In this document: positions 49,852 through 63,109 of the stretch, in pieces
Numbering within the stretch: position 1 is the first letter of the stretch
How the letters are laid out: each line of letters starts with the position of its first letter
From: Eledone cirrhosa
Lineage: Eukaryota
Direction: 5' to 3'
Assembly (NCBI GenBank): GCA_964016885.1
Contig: OZ024743.1
Coordinates: forward strand, 180,110,001-180,174,000
DNA length: 64,000 bases
Made by a program: the position numbers and the translations under genes
Notes under the pieces: generated by a model
Told to the model about the DNA's origin: nothing
Seen by the model: the letters and a program-made list of their open reading frames with translations, nothing else
Database searches by the model: none

Positions 49852-50055
49852 CGAAGGAGGTGTGGAAAGGAACCAGATGGACCATAACGCACTAGAGTAT
49901 TCAATACTTAGGGTAGTAGAGTGGGTAGTAGGAAAATGTTAGACACCGGCGTCAGAGCTCAAGCCGTTTTGACGGCTATTTCTGGACTATTTCTGAGTCC
50001 AGAAATAGCCGTCGAAACGGCTTGAGCTCTGCCGTCGGGGTCTAACATTTTCCTA
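49850..50055 (-). mobile_element. Short PLE-like remnant with a ~125-bp palindrome
   Basis: 49929-50055 is nearly perfectly palindromic; embedded in (TA)n; homologous to 31325-31565. Confidence 0.65.
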
Positions 50056-50143
50056 TATATATATATATATTATTCGATATACAAACTTTGCATACATATA
50101 TGTATAAAGTTATGTTGAAGCGAAGACCATAATTTTCTTTCTT

Positions 50144-50205
<62 letters not shown>

Positions 50206-51280
50206 CCTATAATTTCGCATGTGTAGTAATAAAAGATATAACATGCGAAATCTACTGCAATAATGTGTTTCCTACACTGAAATATATCGTAACACCAGGT
50301 AGAATGACGTTATTGATTTACAATTTAGGCATGTGAGCCATGCATTGACCATCTTCTATCTCTCATACTTGCACACATTAAATTCGTTTTCAACCTGGGT
50401 ACTCACTTAAATCCACAATTTAGTATATACATAATCACAGCGACATGTCATAGTTCACATTCTGTGCGGTCATAAGATACAATTATCTTATTTTATATTG
50501 TATATTTTGAAGTTCTACTTTACCATTAACATAAATGCTTTTGGCCCGTCTGCATTCGTATACCAAAAGCTTTCTACTGATAACTTTTTTCCGTTATGTT
50601 ATATGCAGCGTTTATATTACGTCTGGAGTAATGGCTTTCAAATAGGTAACTTTGCTAGTGAATCCATTATTCGAGAAGACATCTATATCTAGCGATAAAG
50701 TCATACCGTCCAAAACGGAAATATGTGTGTCAACGTATGCAATCACACAGACACGCACATACACACACACACACACATACACACACGCACATACGCACCC
50801 ATATGTATATATATATATATATATATATTTATAATACCCTGGGATTTATATATACATATACATATATATATACATTACTCTTTTACTATTGTACTTGTTC
50901 CAGCCATCCGGTTGAAGCCATAATATGCACACACGCACACACATCTATCTTCGTATATATATATATATATATATATGCATATATGTAATACACTATATAT
51001 GTCACACACTCAGACAGATATACACCATTTTCACATGCAATCTCACACACACACATACATACATATATATATATATTTCATTGTAGCTTTGTCTGTTTTG
51101 TCTAAAACAATCTATAGTAATAAAGAGATAAAATACAAACGCACAAATATATGTGTGTGTGTCTGTCTGTGTATGTATTATTGTGTGTCTATGTTTGAGG
51201 GATGGAGTGTGTGTATGTGTGTGTGTCTATGTCTGGGAGTATGTTTGAGGAATGGTGTGTGTGTGTGATTGCATGCCATT

Positions 51281-51387
51281 AATCCCGCCGAGGTTAACTT
51301 TGCCTTTCATCCTTACGGGGTCGATAAAAAATAGTACCAGTAATACACTGGTGAATTACTGCCTTGTGCCAAAAGTAGAAACAATTA
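51281..51387 (+). mobile_element. 5'-truncated SINE
   Basis: Core and tail of the family. Confidence 0.85.
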
Positions 51388-51699
51388 AATTTATATTTGT
51401 GTAGACAATGGTAAAACCTGGTAAATAATGAGTTAATGCAATTCAAAACTTAATATTTGTTCTCCAAATGTAAAATTCCGAGTATGTTTCATACTGAATT
51501 AATCATATATCTTTGGTTGGTGTGCAAGTCAGATATCTTTTATATTTAACTGGTTATTTAATACTTAGGCTTGTATTGTTGAAGTATAGTATGAAGCTGT
51601 GTCATTATATGATATTCACATCAAAACTTTTATAATCATAGGATGGTTCTTCTTCTTCTTCTTCTTCTATTGGTTTTGCTATTGTGCACTTTTATCCGA

Positions 51700-51776
51700 G
51701 CTTATTGTAAACCCCCACTGTCCGTGCCTTTTCATTGTCCCCTACATATCGGCCCTTATGGCCAATAAATGAAATC
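51700..51776 (+). mobile_element. Extreme 3' tip of a Tx1 (copy B-like) element
   Basis: TGTAAACCCCCACTGTCC...TCGGCCCTTATGGCCAATAAATGAAATC + ATTATTATT matches 7450-7530. Confidence 0.85.
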
Positions 51777-51790
51777 ATTATTATTTTTAT

Positions 51791-52140
51791 CAAATCCCGC
51801 CGAGGTTAACTTTGCCTTTCATCCCTACGGGGTCGATAAAATAAAGTACCAGTAATACACTGGGATAATTGCTGGCCTTGTGCCAAAAGTAGAAACAATT
51901 ATTATTTTTATCAAAGGCGGTGTATTGGCAGAATCGGTGGTGGACCGGACGCCATGCTTTGGCGCATAGAGTTACGGCCCTTTCCATTCTTAGTTCAAAT
52001 CCTGCCAAGGTTAACTTTGCCTTTCATCCTCACGGGGTCGATAAAATAAAGTACCAGTAATGCATTGAGTAATTGCTGGCCTTGTGCCAAAAGTAGAAAC
52101 AATTATTATTTTTATCATTATTATTGTTATTATTATTATT
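51791..52140 (+). mobile_element. Two tandem SINEs (truncated 51791-51905, full 51916-52108) with ATT tails
   Basis: Family match. Confidence 0.88.
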
Positions 52141-53419
52141 CGCCGCCCACCCATCAGTCGGTAGCTTCTACTAGGCAGTTCATATTGTTTGAAGGTCTTC
52201 CACAAGTGCAGGTATTCCTGCGGTGGTCAAATGTAGAAGCGTAGCTGATGCAGACCTGGATATAAAAGACTGTCTAATTATCAACTTGCTTGAGACGAAA
52301 GAACTGTTGACGTCGACGAACCTTCAACCCCAGCGGTAGATGAACGAAGCCAAATACTGTAATATATTTCTCCTACATTCAACAATATCCCACATCCATG
52401 CCTTCACAAACAATATCTATTGATCATTGTTGATATCTTTATGATATAGTTATATACATTGATTAGTAAAGTTAGTATTATTTAATATGCTATATTTTCA
52501 ATACGATATGGTTGGATATAGAGAAATGTCTACTAACAAAACCGATTAGACCAATGAATGTAAATTGTTTAGAGACGAGCCTAATTAAGTTGCATTTTAT
52601 TTTCTGTTATCTTCCTGTATTTCGAAGAATATGAATAAATAAATACATTACTAAGATACTGTATTTAGAGAGTAGGATTTATTTATTGATCAGTACATCG
52701 TGCAATACATTAAATTTAATTACGGAATTGCTTATTTTATATTTCTTTTCAGATAACCTCATAAATGTACATATTGATGAGAAATAACGCTAACATGGAT
52801 CTAACACAAAAATCCTTTCTGTTGCCTGATCAATAGACGAGAATATGATATCACATTTTTAATCAAAATTGCTGCTTGATCATTGTTATTGCGCTCAATG
52901 TATAATATGCTGTTGATCTCTGAACACTAACCTTTTGTGGATTCATACCTCTTGGAGTATAATCGACGTTTGTGCATTATAGACAACATAATATTTTGAT
53001 TCTAGTATTCTTTCGAATGAAAGATTCATTTGTCTACTGAACAAGTATATAAGCTACGTTGATTAGTTAAATATTAAACATGTTACATGATATAGTAACG
53101 TGGCTAGTCTTTCTGTTTCTTTAAGTAGATTTGAATATATATTTAATATTGGATTTCTATAATATATACTTTTAAACTAGGTTTCGTTTGATATCGACTG
53201 ATCTCCATTTTGCCAGCTTCCGATTTTCATTGCTCTAGCAGATTCAGCTGAACAAGAACATGAATACGTTATAAGGCATTTAATGGAAGGGCAATTGTAC
53301 TATAATTTTAGATATGTAGAAATGCTCCAATAACTCTTGTTGGAGTCTGAAAACGGCATATCTTTTCTAGAGAATGATAAAGTAAGAGTGAAAGGAAGTG
53401 AGAAAGAGATAAAGGGGAA

Positions 53420-53580
53420 GAATTGACCCTAGTACTAGAATGGTACTTTTCCTATCGACATCAAACCTATGAAATGCAAAGTTCACGTGGGCAGGTTTCT
53501 AACTCAGAGAGAAGAGAGCCGAAACGAATACCACAAAGCATTATATCCGACGTTATAACGACTCTGCCAAATCACCATCT
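53420..53580 (-). mobile_element. Highly decayed SINE (a similar remnant lies at 42415-42480)
   Basis: GGTACTTTT..ATCGAC..ATGAAATGCAAAGTT..AACTCAGA..CTGCCAAATCACC. Confidence 0.6.
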
Positions 53581-53961
53581 ATTTTGCTTATAATAAATTA
53601 AAATATATGATACATCGTTTCCAACGTCGCAGCGTAATTGGCGCTCAACGAATTGGGTGGACTATAACTAGAAAAATAATATTATATATATATATATATA
53701 TATATAAATGTGTGTGTGTGTGTATATATATTCTTGATTTATCATTACTCCAAGTGTAAACTACATAGAAATCAACGCATACTCGCAGCATCACTATGGA
53801 AACGCCTTGTTGAGTCAAATTTAGCCAAGCGTTGATACTATCCACTACTCGGAGTACCCTAACTGGACTACATCTAAGTGGACTACCTATAACAATAATT
53901 TGTTATCCCGTATACTTAGCTCCCACCCGGTTGAGCAACACCATTAACGCACGGCAACAAC

Positions 53962-56307
53962 ATGAAAAAGCACCGTATAGGAATGTCACTGAAAAACATA
54001 CCTATACCTACAAATAAGGACTATACACTAGGCATGATACAACGGACTAATGATTTCATCCGTAGAGTCCGATGGAAGGCTTACCACTTCGACAAAGGAC
54101 CAGCTATTAACGCAAGAGAATTTTCTAAGGAGAATTACGGATTCAAATCCTGCAAAAACCCTCCAAACAATCCCACAAACACACCACAACAAATTACAAA
54201 ATGACATCAATACACTACTGAAACAACTAAAAGACACTAACGGTATCATAGTAAAGGCAGACAAAACATCAAACATATATTCTATGGACCTTAACACATA
54301 CAATAATTTCATTCAGCGTGAACTACACAAAAAATACAAAAAAAAACATATGAATCCACACTCACCAGCATTAATGTGGAGAGCCTTAGGATAGTAAATA
54401 AACTCGGAATATCCGATAGAACCGAGCCTCTAACCCCATGCAACCCCATATTTAACCTTAAGGATCACAAAAATAATTTTGAAACAAATCCTATTATCAG
54501 ATTAATATGCCCATCTAAGTCGGATATAGGTAAAATTAGCAATAATATTCTAGATAGGGTAATCGCACAAATAAAGGGAAAACTACATATCAATTTATGG
54601 GGTAACACTAACGAGGCGATAGAATGGTTCAATAAAATAAGAAATAGAGACACATGTAACTTCATATAATTCGATATAAACGATTACTAAGCGTCCATAT
54701 CCCCAGCTATCCTAGATAAACCGCTTGTATTTGCCCAAAATAACTCTGATCTTACCCCTGATGAAATTGAAATAATAATAGCGGCTAGAAGGAGTATCAT
54801 AAAATTTGAAAATAGCTACTGGGTAAGAAAAGATAGGATAAACAGCTTCGATATCACAATGGGATCGAACGACTCAGCGCAAATCACTGACGTCGTGGGG
54901 TTATTTATAGCACACAACCTACATAAAGAATTCAGTAACCTCCAAGGAGGGATTTATAGAGATGACACGCTCCTTATAGCTAGGAACTTAAATAACCAGA
55001 GCATGGAAAGATTAAGAAAAAACATTAGAACATTCTTCAAAGAACTAGGCCTAAGTATTACCTACGAACTTAATCATAAAAAGGCAAACTTTCTAGATGT
55101 CATTCTAAATCTAAATACGGGATTAATAGAACCTTTCCACAAAAATAATGAGAATCTGGCTTACATTAGTTATAATTCAAACCACCCCAGATCCATAATC
55201 AGATCCATAGCACGTAGTATATCCCTTAGAATATCCCGCTTATCCTCAAACCTAGACATTTTTAATGAACATGCTAACTATTATGACGCGGCATTACATA
55301 GGGCCGGATACAAAGAAAAGCTGCAGTTTATAACGGATAAGGACAACTCAAACAAACCTACTAACATTGACACCAATCGCTCACACAAAAATAGAGGTAA
55401 CAGGACTAGACATAGAGTTAGGCACGTAGCACCTAGAGTATGTGGTCCAAACACCAATAATGTAAACCCTGGAAACAATAGAAGAATTAGAGAAAGAAAA
55501 TACCTGTGGTTCAATCCAATTTTCAACTCCTCTGTAAAAACTAGACTGCCTTCTACGTTCTTTAAACTAATAGATAAACACTTCCCTATATCACATAGAT
55601 ATCATAAAATCCACAATAGAAAAACTATAAAACTCTCATACTCTACGGCTGCAAATATAGAATCCCACATACGCAAGATCAACCACAGAAATACCCCTAG
55701 GGAAACCGCCCCACCTATGCGAAACATAGCACCAAATTATAAACATAAACACATCACAGTATCACAACCGCAAACGCATACAAGTACGCAGCAGCAAAAC
55801 CTCAACGGGCACGAATCACAACTCACTTATAGCAGTGTACAAAACAGCAGTGTGGAAGCTGCACGGAATAACACCTCAAACTACAATTGTCACCTACCAG
55901 ATAGGTGCCCATTGGCGAACAGATGCCTTGATTCGAGCCTAGTGTACATGTGTACGGTGAACTCGAGCAACTCCACTTTGCATTACATTGGATTAACCGC
56001 GGGTACTTTTAATAAAAGATGGTATGTGCACAGACATTCGATGAAGAACCGTGCACTAATAGGTTCTACAACCCTCGCCAAAGAATCTGGGAACTTAAGG
56101 ACAATAATAGCAATTACAATATCAACTGATCGAGGTTGTCGGCCGCAAGGGCATATAGTACCGGTATGACCCATTGTAGGCTCTGCGACCTTGAATTATT
56201 GTATATCCTTAGGAACGAAAAAAGGCTACTCAACAACAAGATACAAAGGTCAATTTTCTGCAGACACAGGATTGCTACTAAATTCACAAGATTTAAGCCA
56301 CCGTGAA
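53962..56307 (+). pseudogene. PLE RT + GIY-YIG ORF, disrupted
   Basis: ORF fragments at 53962, 54050, 54376 and 54859-56169. Confidence 0.88.
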
Positions 56308-57132
56308 TCGAACAAACATATCTTAGCATTCAACATATGAAATCCACACTTTCACACAGACCACCACAGAACTATAATATTCTTTAAGCAGCTTCTAGCC
56401 TCCTTAATCCTATACCACAGCAATGTCTGCAAATATCTTATCAACCCATAAATATATTTCTTCTCAGCTGCTGTCAACACAACTTCCTCACCCTTGATTC
56501 CCAACAGATGAACCTAAATCCAAGTACATTATTAGAATAGTACCACAGTCCGTAAAACATCACCCTCCTTCTGTTGTTATAATTGTAGTCAGCATGTTTT
56601 CTCTATCTATATATATATTGCTTCCTTAACCTCTGTATTAACTTATCTATTATATTGCTACTCTGTTGGTGTTATCTTATACATGCATGTTATTGATGAT
56701 GTGAAAGCTAAACAACCCCATGATTCGAACTAACAATCCCTTCATCTAATATAGACCACTTAAATATTGAATCCGCTTTACACCACATAAAAATTACTAC
56801 AATGAAAATATTTCATCTGTCAGATAATAAATAATTCTTACGGTCAACAAACCTACGGTAAAGGAAATGGTACATTGTTTAAAGACCCGGCTTATCTCTA
56901 CACTATATATAATACACCCCATGACAGCTTTTACATGTCAATTTCATACATCTGCCTCATATCAGTTCGTTTTACATGCTAAAGTCATAAGTTTATTCTA
57001 TGTCCTACTTACATTGTTGTGATTATTTCAACTAATTTATTGCTAGCATTGTTAGTATTGTTGTTATTGTTCTGATTTAATGCCACTACTATATATAGAA
57101 GCCATGCCTGTGTATTACCTACATTATCGCAA

Positions 57133-57238
57133 GCTCTGATGAATTGACTGGTTATAACTATGTATTGGTGATCGAATGACGCAGAAATAGGCGGGTAGCG
57201 ATCTCTAGACCTACCAGTTCAGAGAAACAATTGTCAGC
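57133..57238 (+). ncRNA. Type I hammerhead ribozyme with extended stem II
   Basis: GCT CTGATGA a-TTGACTGGT...ACCAGTTCA-ga GAAAC AATT GTC AGC; palindromic stem III ACAATTGT. Confidence 0.78.
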
Positions 57239-57756
57239 AATGAGATTAAAGCCGTGTCACTCTTCTTTCTTGATTTATCATTACTCCAAGTGTAAACTAC
57301 ATAGAAATCACCGCGGACTCGCAGCATCACTATGGAAACGCCTTGTTGAGTCAAACTTAGCCAAGCGTAAATACTATCCACTACTCGGTGTACCCTAACT
57401 GGACTACATCTAAGTGGACTACCTATAACAATAATTTGTTATCCAGTATATATATATATATATATATATAGTTTTAATATAGATGAGATTCTACAGGACT
57501 AGAACTGTTTCATTCTTTAGAAATCATCAGGAATCTGCCTTTCCAAAAATAAATTTAGTGGTATTTATATCTTTACAGGTGGTAGGAGAGGGTGGTGAGT
57601 GGGATGGGTGGAGGCCATTGGTTGATAGAAAAGGGAATTCATTAAAAGCTCATTCTTTAAGTCTATAGTTTATATTTAGAGTAACAAAGGCAGAAAGGAT
57701 TCTATAAACAGGTTCAGAATGGGGTGCCACTCCTTATTTTTAAGTATCTCTTAAGC

Positions 57757-57949
57757 TAATAATTGTTTCTACTTTTGGCACAAGGCCAGCAATTACCCAG
57801 TGCATTACTGGTACTTTATTTTTATCGACCCCGTAAGGATGAAAGGCAAAGTCAACCTCGGCGGGATTTGAACTCAGATCGTAAAGGGACGTAACTATGC
57901 TGGAAAGCATGGCGTCCGACCCTCTACCGATACTGCCAATCCACCGCCC
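57757..57949 (-). mobile_element. tRNA-derived SINE
   Basis: Full-length family match. Confidence 0.9.
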
Positions 57950-58180
57950 TCTTAAGCTAATAATGCCTATATTTCAGGTGTCTATAAGGTCGTTGTGGGT
58001 CGGTCATGGTTGATGGATTTAAAGAAAAGGGAAATTCATTAAAAGCTAATTCTTTAAAGCTCTACTTAGAGTGACAAAGGCCAAGAGAATTCTATAACCC
58101 AGTTCAAAATATTGGGTGTCTATCATTATTGTCATATTTCTCTTAAGCTATATTCCAGGTGTCAACAGACACATTCACAT

Positions 58181-58230
<50 letters not shown>

Positions 58231-58287
58231 GCATATATATATATATTTATATATATGCATATATATATATGCATATATATATATATA

Positions 58288-58786
58288 AGTGTCACAGCTT
58301 GAGATCGGTGTGGAAGTCGGACCTTCGTAGAGACCTGAAAATCCGCCTCTTCATTGCTGTAGTGGAGTCTGTGCTGCTGTATGGGTCTGAGACTTGGAGA
58401 CTACTGACCAAGAGACTCACTCAGATGGTGGATGGGTGCTACACGAGAATGCTGAGGATGGCTCTAGAACATTAATCAGTATACACTGAGGATGAAAAAC
58501 TCAGAGCTCTATGGGAGCATCCCAAAAGTCAGCTCAAAAGTGACACAGAGGAGACTGAGGTTGGCTGGACATGCTCACCGACATCAGAGTTGACATTGCA
58601 CTCAGTGCTCCTTTGGAGCCCCTACATGGACACACTAGAAGAGGAAGACCACGGTTAACATATGTTGATGCCCTAAGGACAGACACTGGGTCTGTTGGAG
58701 ATGCAGGATATGGCAGCGATAATGAGGGACAGAGACCGCTGGAGAGAAACTCGGCCATGGATCTCGGGAATTTTACCCGCCTTAGA
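58288..58786 (+). mobile_element. RTE-clade LINE 3' fragment
   Basis: [40 protein letters not shown]; (TA)n on both sides. Confidence 0.9.
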
Positions 58787-59103
58787 TAGATATATATGCA
58801 TATATATTATATATTTATATTATATATATGCATATATATATATATACACATATATATACATGCATATATATATATATATATATACACATATATATATACA
58901 TATATATATACACATATATATATATACACATATATATACACATATATATATATACACATATATATACACATATATATATATACACATATATATACATATA
59001 TATATATACACATATATATACATATATATACACATGTATATATATACACATATATATATATACACATATATATATACATATATATACATATATATATACA
59101 CAC

Positions 59104-59140
<37 letters not shown>

Positions 59141-59210
59141 GATATATTATATATATATACACATATATATACATATATATACACTTATATATACACACAT
59201 ATATATATAT
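58787..59210. repeat. Long degenerate (TA)n/(CATA)n tract (one of many in 25-63 kb)
   Basis: Direct reading. Confidence 0.97.
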
Positions 59211-59445
59211 AGAGAGAGAAACACACAGATACATGCGGACACATACATATACATGAATATATCTACACATATCCCTGTGTTAGTGGTGCCAACCTCAACC
59301 GATGTTGCTCTATGAATAACTGGGACAGAATTATTCGAATGGATTAGACTGATTCAGTATCAGAGCTATAAAGTACATTATGAAGAGAGAAGAAACATTA
59401 GATATAATTAGTAATAAGATATATCATACCTAGCTGGTTCTTCAG

Positions 59446-59539
59446 TCCCCGACTACGTAGTTTCGTGGCATATTATGCAAAAACACTAGATCATAGAGAT
59501 ATAGAGTTTTTGTGAAGTTCTGCCGACTTATCAAGGGGA
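59446..59539 (-). ncRNA. Hammerhead, U3-A8 variant, long stem II
   Basis: TCCCC TTGATAA GTCGGCA...TGCCAC GAAAC TACGTA GTC GGGGA. Confidence 0.72.
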
Positions 59540-59809
59540 TACTCATTAAGGATTTTAAGACACGTCTGCAATGCGCGAGATAGAATCTGGAAAAGGCGGA
59601 GGGAGAGTCAATCACGTGATACAGCGGTCAAGAAACAGAGTTAAGCCCCTTATAACCCTGAAAGAATACCACGGAGGCGGAGGGGGTATTCATATCAAAG
59701 CCGTAGAAGAGGTGGTTTGAGGAGGCGAGAGTATGAGTAATGGTAGCTATCCAGCAGTCACTACACCTCAAAGGTTACTCGACCAAGTTTTGAAATCCTT
59801 ATTGAGATA

Positions 59810-59903
59810 TCCCCTTGATAAGTCGGCAGACCCTCACAAAGACTCTATATCTCTATGATCTAGTGTTTTTGCATAATATGCCACGAAACTACGTAGTCGG
59901 AGA
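59810..59903 (+). ncRNA. Hammerhead, U3-A8 variant, long stem II
   Basis: TCCCC TTGATAA GTCGGCA...TGCCAC GAAAC TACGTA GTC GGAGA. Confidence 0.68.
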
Positions 59904-60061
59904 CTATAGAAACAGCTAGGTATGATATATCTTATTACTAATTATATCTAATGTTTCTTCTCTGTTCATAATGTACTATATATATATATATATATAACAT
60001 ATGCATACACATACATATACATATTATATATATATAAACATACATACATACGTACATACAT

Positions 60062-60121
<60 letters not shown>

Positions 60122-60487
60122 AAGATCGGAATTAAGAGTATTCCGCAGTTCACTGTAATAATAATAATAGTATTAGCTCAAAGAAGAATAGAGAATTCCT
60201 TCTGAGCTCAAATGCAAAATATAATACACAAAGAGAAGTGTGTTACACAGTGAGATGTGTGTAAAGAATTATTACAAGTGAGTTTTACCGTTACTGTATA
60301 GAGAACAATATCTACAGGTTTAGCAATTAGATAGAAAAAAAACCTGGTTGTTATTTCACTGAGGAACTGAATCATATGAATTCAAACAAACGAATTTCAG
60401 TGTCAAAAATACACTATATATACATTCATATATATATAGCTATTTCAAAGCACCAATTCTAATATATATATGACATATATAGTATTC

Positions 60488-60523
<36 letters not shown>

Positions 60524-60591
60524 ATACATATATAATATATAAATAAAATAAAATAAATAAGTCAAATGTTTAAAATTTAGCTCGTTTATTA

Positions 60592-60643
60592 CTGCTATAT
60601 ATATTTCGGTGACAGCCATCTTTGGCTATGACTCTTCAGGCAG
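60592..60643 (-). ncRNA. Minimal type I hammerhead ribozyme
   Basis: CTGC CTGAAGA GTCATAGCCA-aaga-TGGCTGTCACC GAAA TATAT ATA GCAG, followed by AATAAA and (TA)n. Confidence 0.75.
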
Positions 60644-61829
60644 TCCGAATTAGTGTGGTATAGACAAGTACATATGTTGTTGAGTGTATAACTTTGTCAA
60701 TACTCTGATATGCCCAGTTCCTGGTTGGGTTGTTATTTCACTGAGGAACTGGAATCATATGAATTCAAACAAACGAATTTCAGTGTCAAAGGGCCTCTTC
60801 TCCTCTCATTGGTCAGTTGTTAGAACATTCCTCATTCAAAAGTCTATAGAAATTCGTTCTGTGGCAAGCCAATCTGTTGTTGTTGTTGTTGTTATTGTTA
60901 GGTAATCTGCCTAAATTCTTGTGTTGGTAGTGTTGGAGTTATCTAAAAAATTTGATAAAGTGGTAGAAGGAATAAAATGGTAAAGGAACAAAATAACAAA
61001 ACAAAAAAATGTCAAACTTCCGATTGGTCAGTTTTGAGAGAGCATTCCTCAGGAGGGTTCTTCCATGTATATGAAGAAATATAAGGCAATAAAATGAAGA
61101 AACAGAAAATAAATAATAAATAGAGAATAAAGAATAAATGAAAAATTAATGAAAAAGTAATGAAAATGAATATGGAGAAGTGAAAAATAAAATGAAGATT
61201 CAAATAAAGTAAGATAAAGTGTGTGTGTGCTATAACCAATCTCAAGGTCAGAAATATGTTGGATAGATTGGTTATGAGGACAAGATGGTAAAAGAATAAA
61301 AGAATAAGATAATCAAATAAAATGTGTTTGTGTTATAACCAATCTCAACTTAAAAATTAATATAAGAGAATGATAAAGTGAAGAGAACAGAAAACAAATA
61401 AATTAATAAAGAGAATCAAGATTGAAAAATTGAAAAATTCAAAAATCAGAAATCAAGTAAATTAAAATGTTTTTGTGTTATAAATATGTTGGCCAAATTA
61501 TAATGGCTGTGTCCGAATCAATCTCTCGGCTATCATGGTGTCTGCTCAGCCTTTGTTGGTCCCACCACAGGAAGATATGTGTATGTATATTGCTTCCACC
61601 CCCTCACTGACCAGCAGCTGGCCAGTTGGCCATTGCTAAATCTGACCTTTATAAAATAACCACACCCCAAATAACTTCTCATTCACTACCAGAAAGGGAC
61701 ACAGCAGTCAACCTGTTGTTGCTACCTAGATGAAAACTTACTTATGAAATCCCACAATGAATTTTATACTTGAATTTTCAAATCTCAAATTTTAACTCTT
61801 CGTATTATTAATTTTTCTTAATATTAATC

Positions 61830-61876
61830 AACATTGAAAAGATGGCTTTTGCAGACCCATCGAAACCGGTCATTTT
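61830..61876 (+). ncRNA. Degenerate hammerhead (U3-A8-like), PLE tail
   Basis: TTGAAAA GATGG...CCATC GAAACCGGTC; stem I poor. Confidence 0.5.
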
Positions 61877-62012
61877 TTATACCCTTTATTATTTCCTTAC
61901 CTTATAAAATTATATGTTTTTTCACAAAAAAGTATTCTGTCTCTTATATATTCCATGTGCCATTACCAACCTCAATTTTCTCTATAACCTTCGTTTGTGT
62001 AGAAAATTACAC

Positions 62013-62120
<108 letters not shown>

Positions 62121-62867
62121 TATATATATATTGAGAGTGCGAGGTGGAGTTAGAACAGAACTATAGAAATTTTACTAATTATCTTCTACTATTCATTGGG
62201 CTACACATGCCATTGATCAGCATTTACATTACTTTCGAATCCTGAATAGCTTTCATATCTGAAAACATATCCAATCTTGTTGTGTATGTATTTTAAATTA
62301 ATATTGGATTTAATTCAAAAATCCTGTACAACCTATCATAATTCATTTCTACCTATAAAATACATCTTCTAAGTTTACTTTGTTTTTACTTTAAATTAAA
62401 ACTTCAATGCAACAAAGCAAGATTTGTTTTCATATGTAAAAATCAATTCTTGTAGAAAAAAAAATACCTTCGAGTTTGAAACTCAAAATTTCTTCAAGAA
62501 TGATTTACTTCGAAGTTATCGGTAAATTTTAAATTTCCTCATACATCATATATATTATAGGCTTATTGAATAAAAATATTCAGTTCCATTCATATGACTG
62601 TAATAAAGGAAACTGAATTGCTGGAAATCTTCCCATCACCGATTCCCATAATATATTCAATAATATACTTCAATATCCTTTGCAACATTTCTCAAAAAAA
62701 TATAAACTATTACTTAAACATCTATAAACGAATTCTTTATGGAGTTACATGGAAAGAATGATTATTGTGTTCCTGTAAATGTTATTCTTCTTCTAGCTGT
62801 TCCTTTACTTTTAAATACTCAGGTATATAACAATTCAGGATTTATTATTATCCCCCCCCCCCCACAT

Positions 62868-62929
<62 letters not shown>

Positions 62930-63109
62930 TATATATATTATATATATATATACATTACATTGAAGAAATTTAATAGTTTAACACTTGAAATAGCAAGAAA
63001 AATCGTACCGTTTAAGATACTAGTCTTTCATTAGATGATATCGTTAGAAATCTATAATATTATAAAGCTGAGTGTCGTATGTATGTATTATGTATGTATC
63101 CTACACACC

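Larger units (their letters stand above)
53731..57444 (+). mobile_element. Penelope-like element (Nematis-like, tentative) with direct pseudo-LTRs
   Basis: ~178-bp direct repeats at 53731-53908 and 57267-57444. ORF pieces SLKNIPIP, VKADKT, MGSNDSAQI, IYRDD, WFNP, CPLANRC..VYMC..YIGLT, CRLC. (TA)n on both sides. Confidence 0.9.
59372..59977 (+). mobile_element. PLE remnant: ~190-bp inverted pLTR arms, each containing a hammerhead
   Basis: 59372-59561 versus 59787-59977; the spacer has KPLITLKEY, resembling a GIY-YIG C-terminus; ends at (TA)n. Confidence 0.8.

Noticed and set aside
52200-53400. Possible exon or transposase remnant
   Set aside because: An acceptor-like TTTTCAG occurs at 52746-52752, but no sustained ORF or motif follows.
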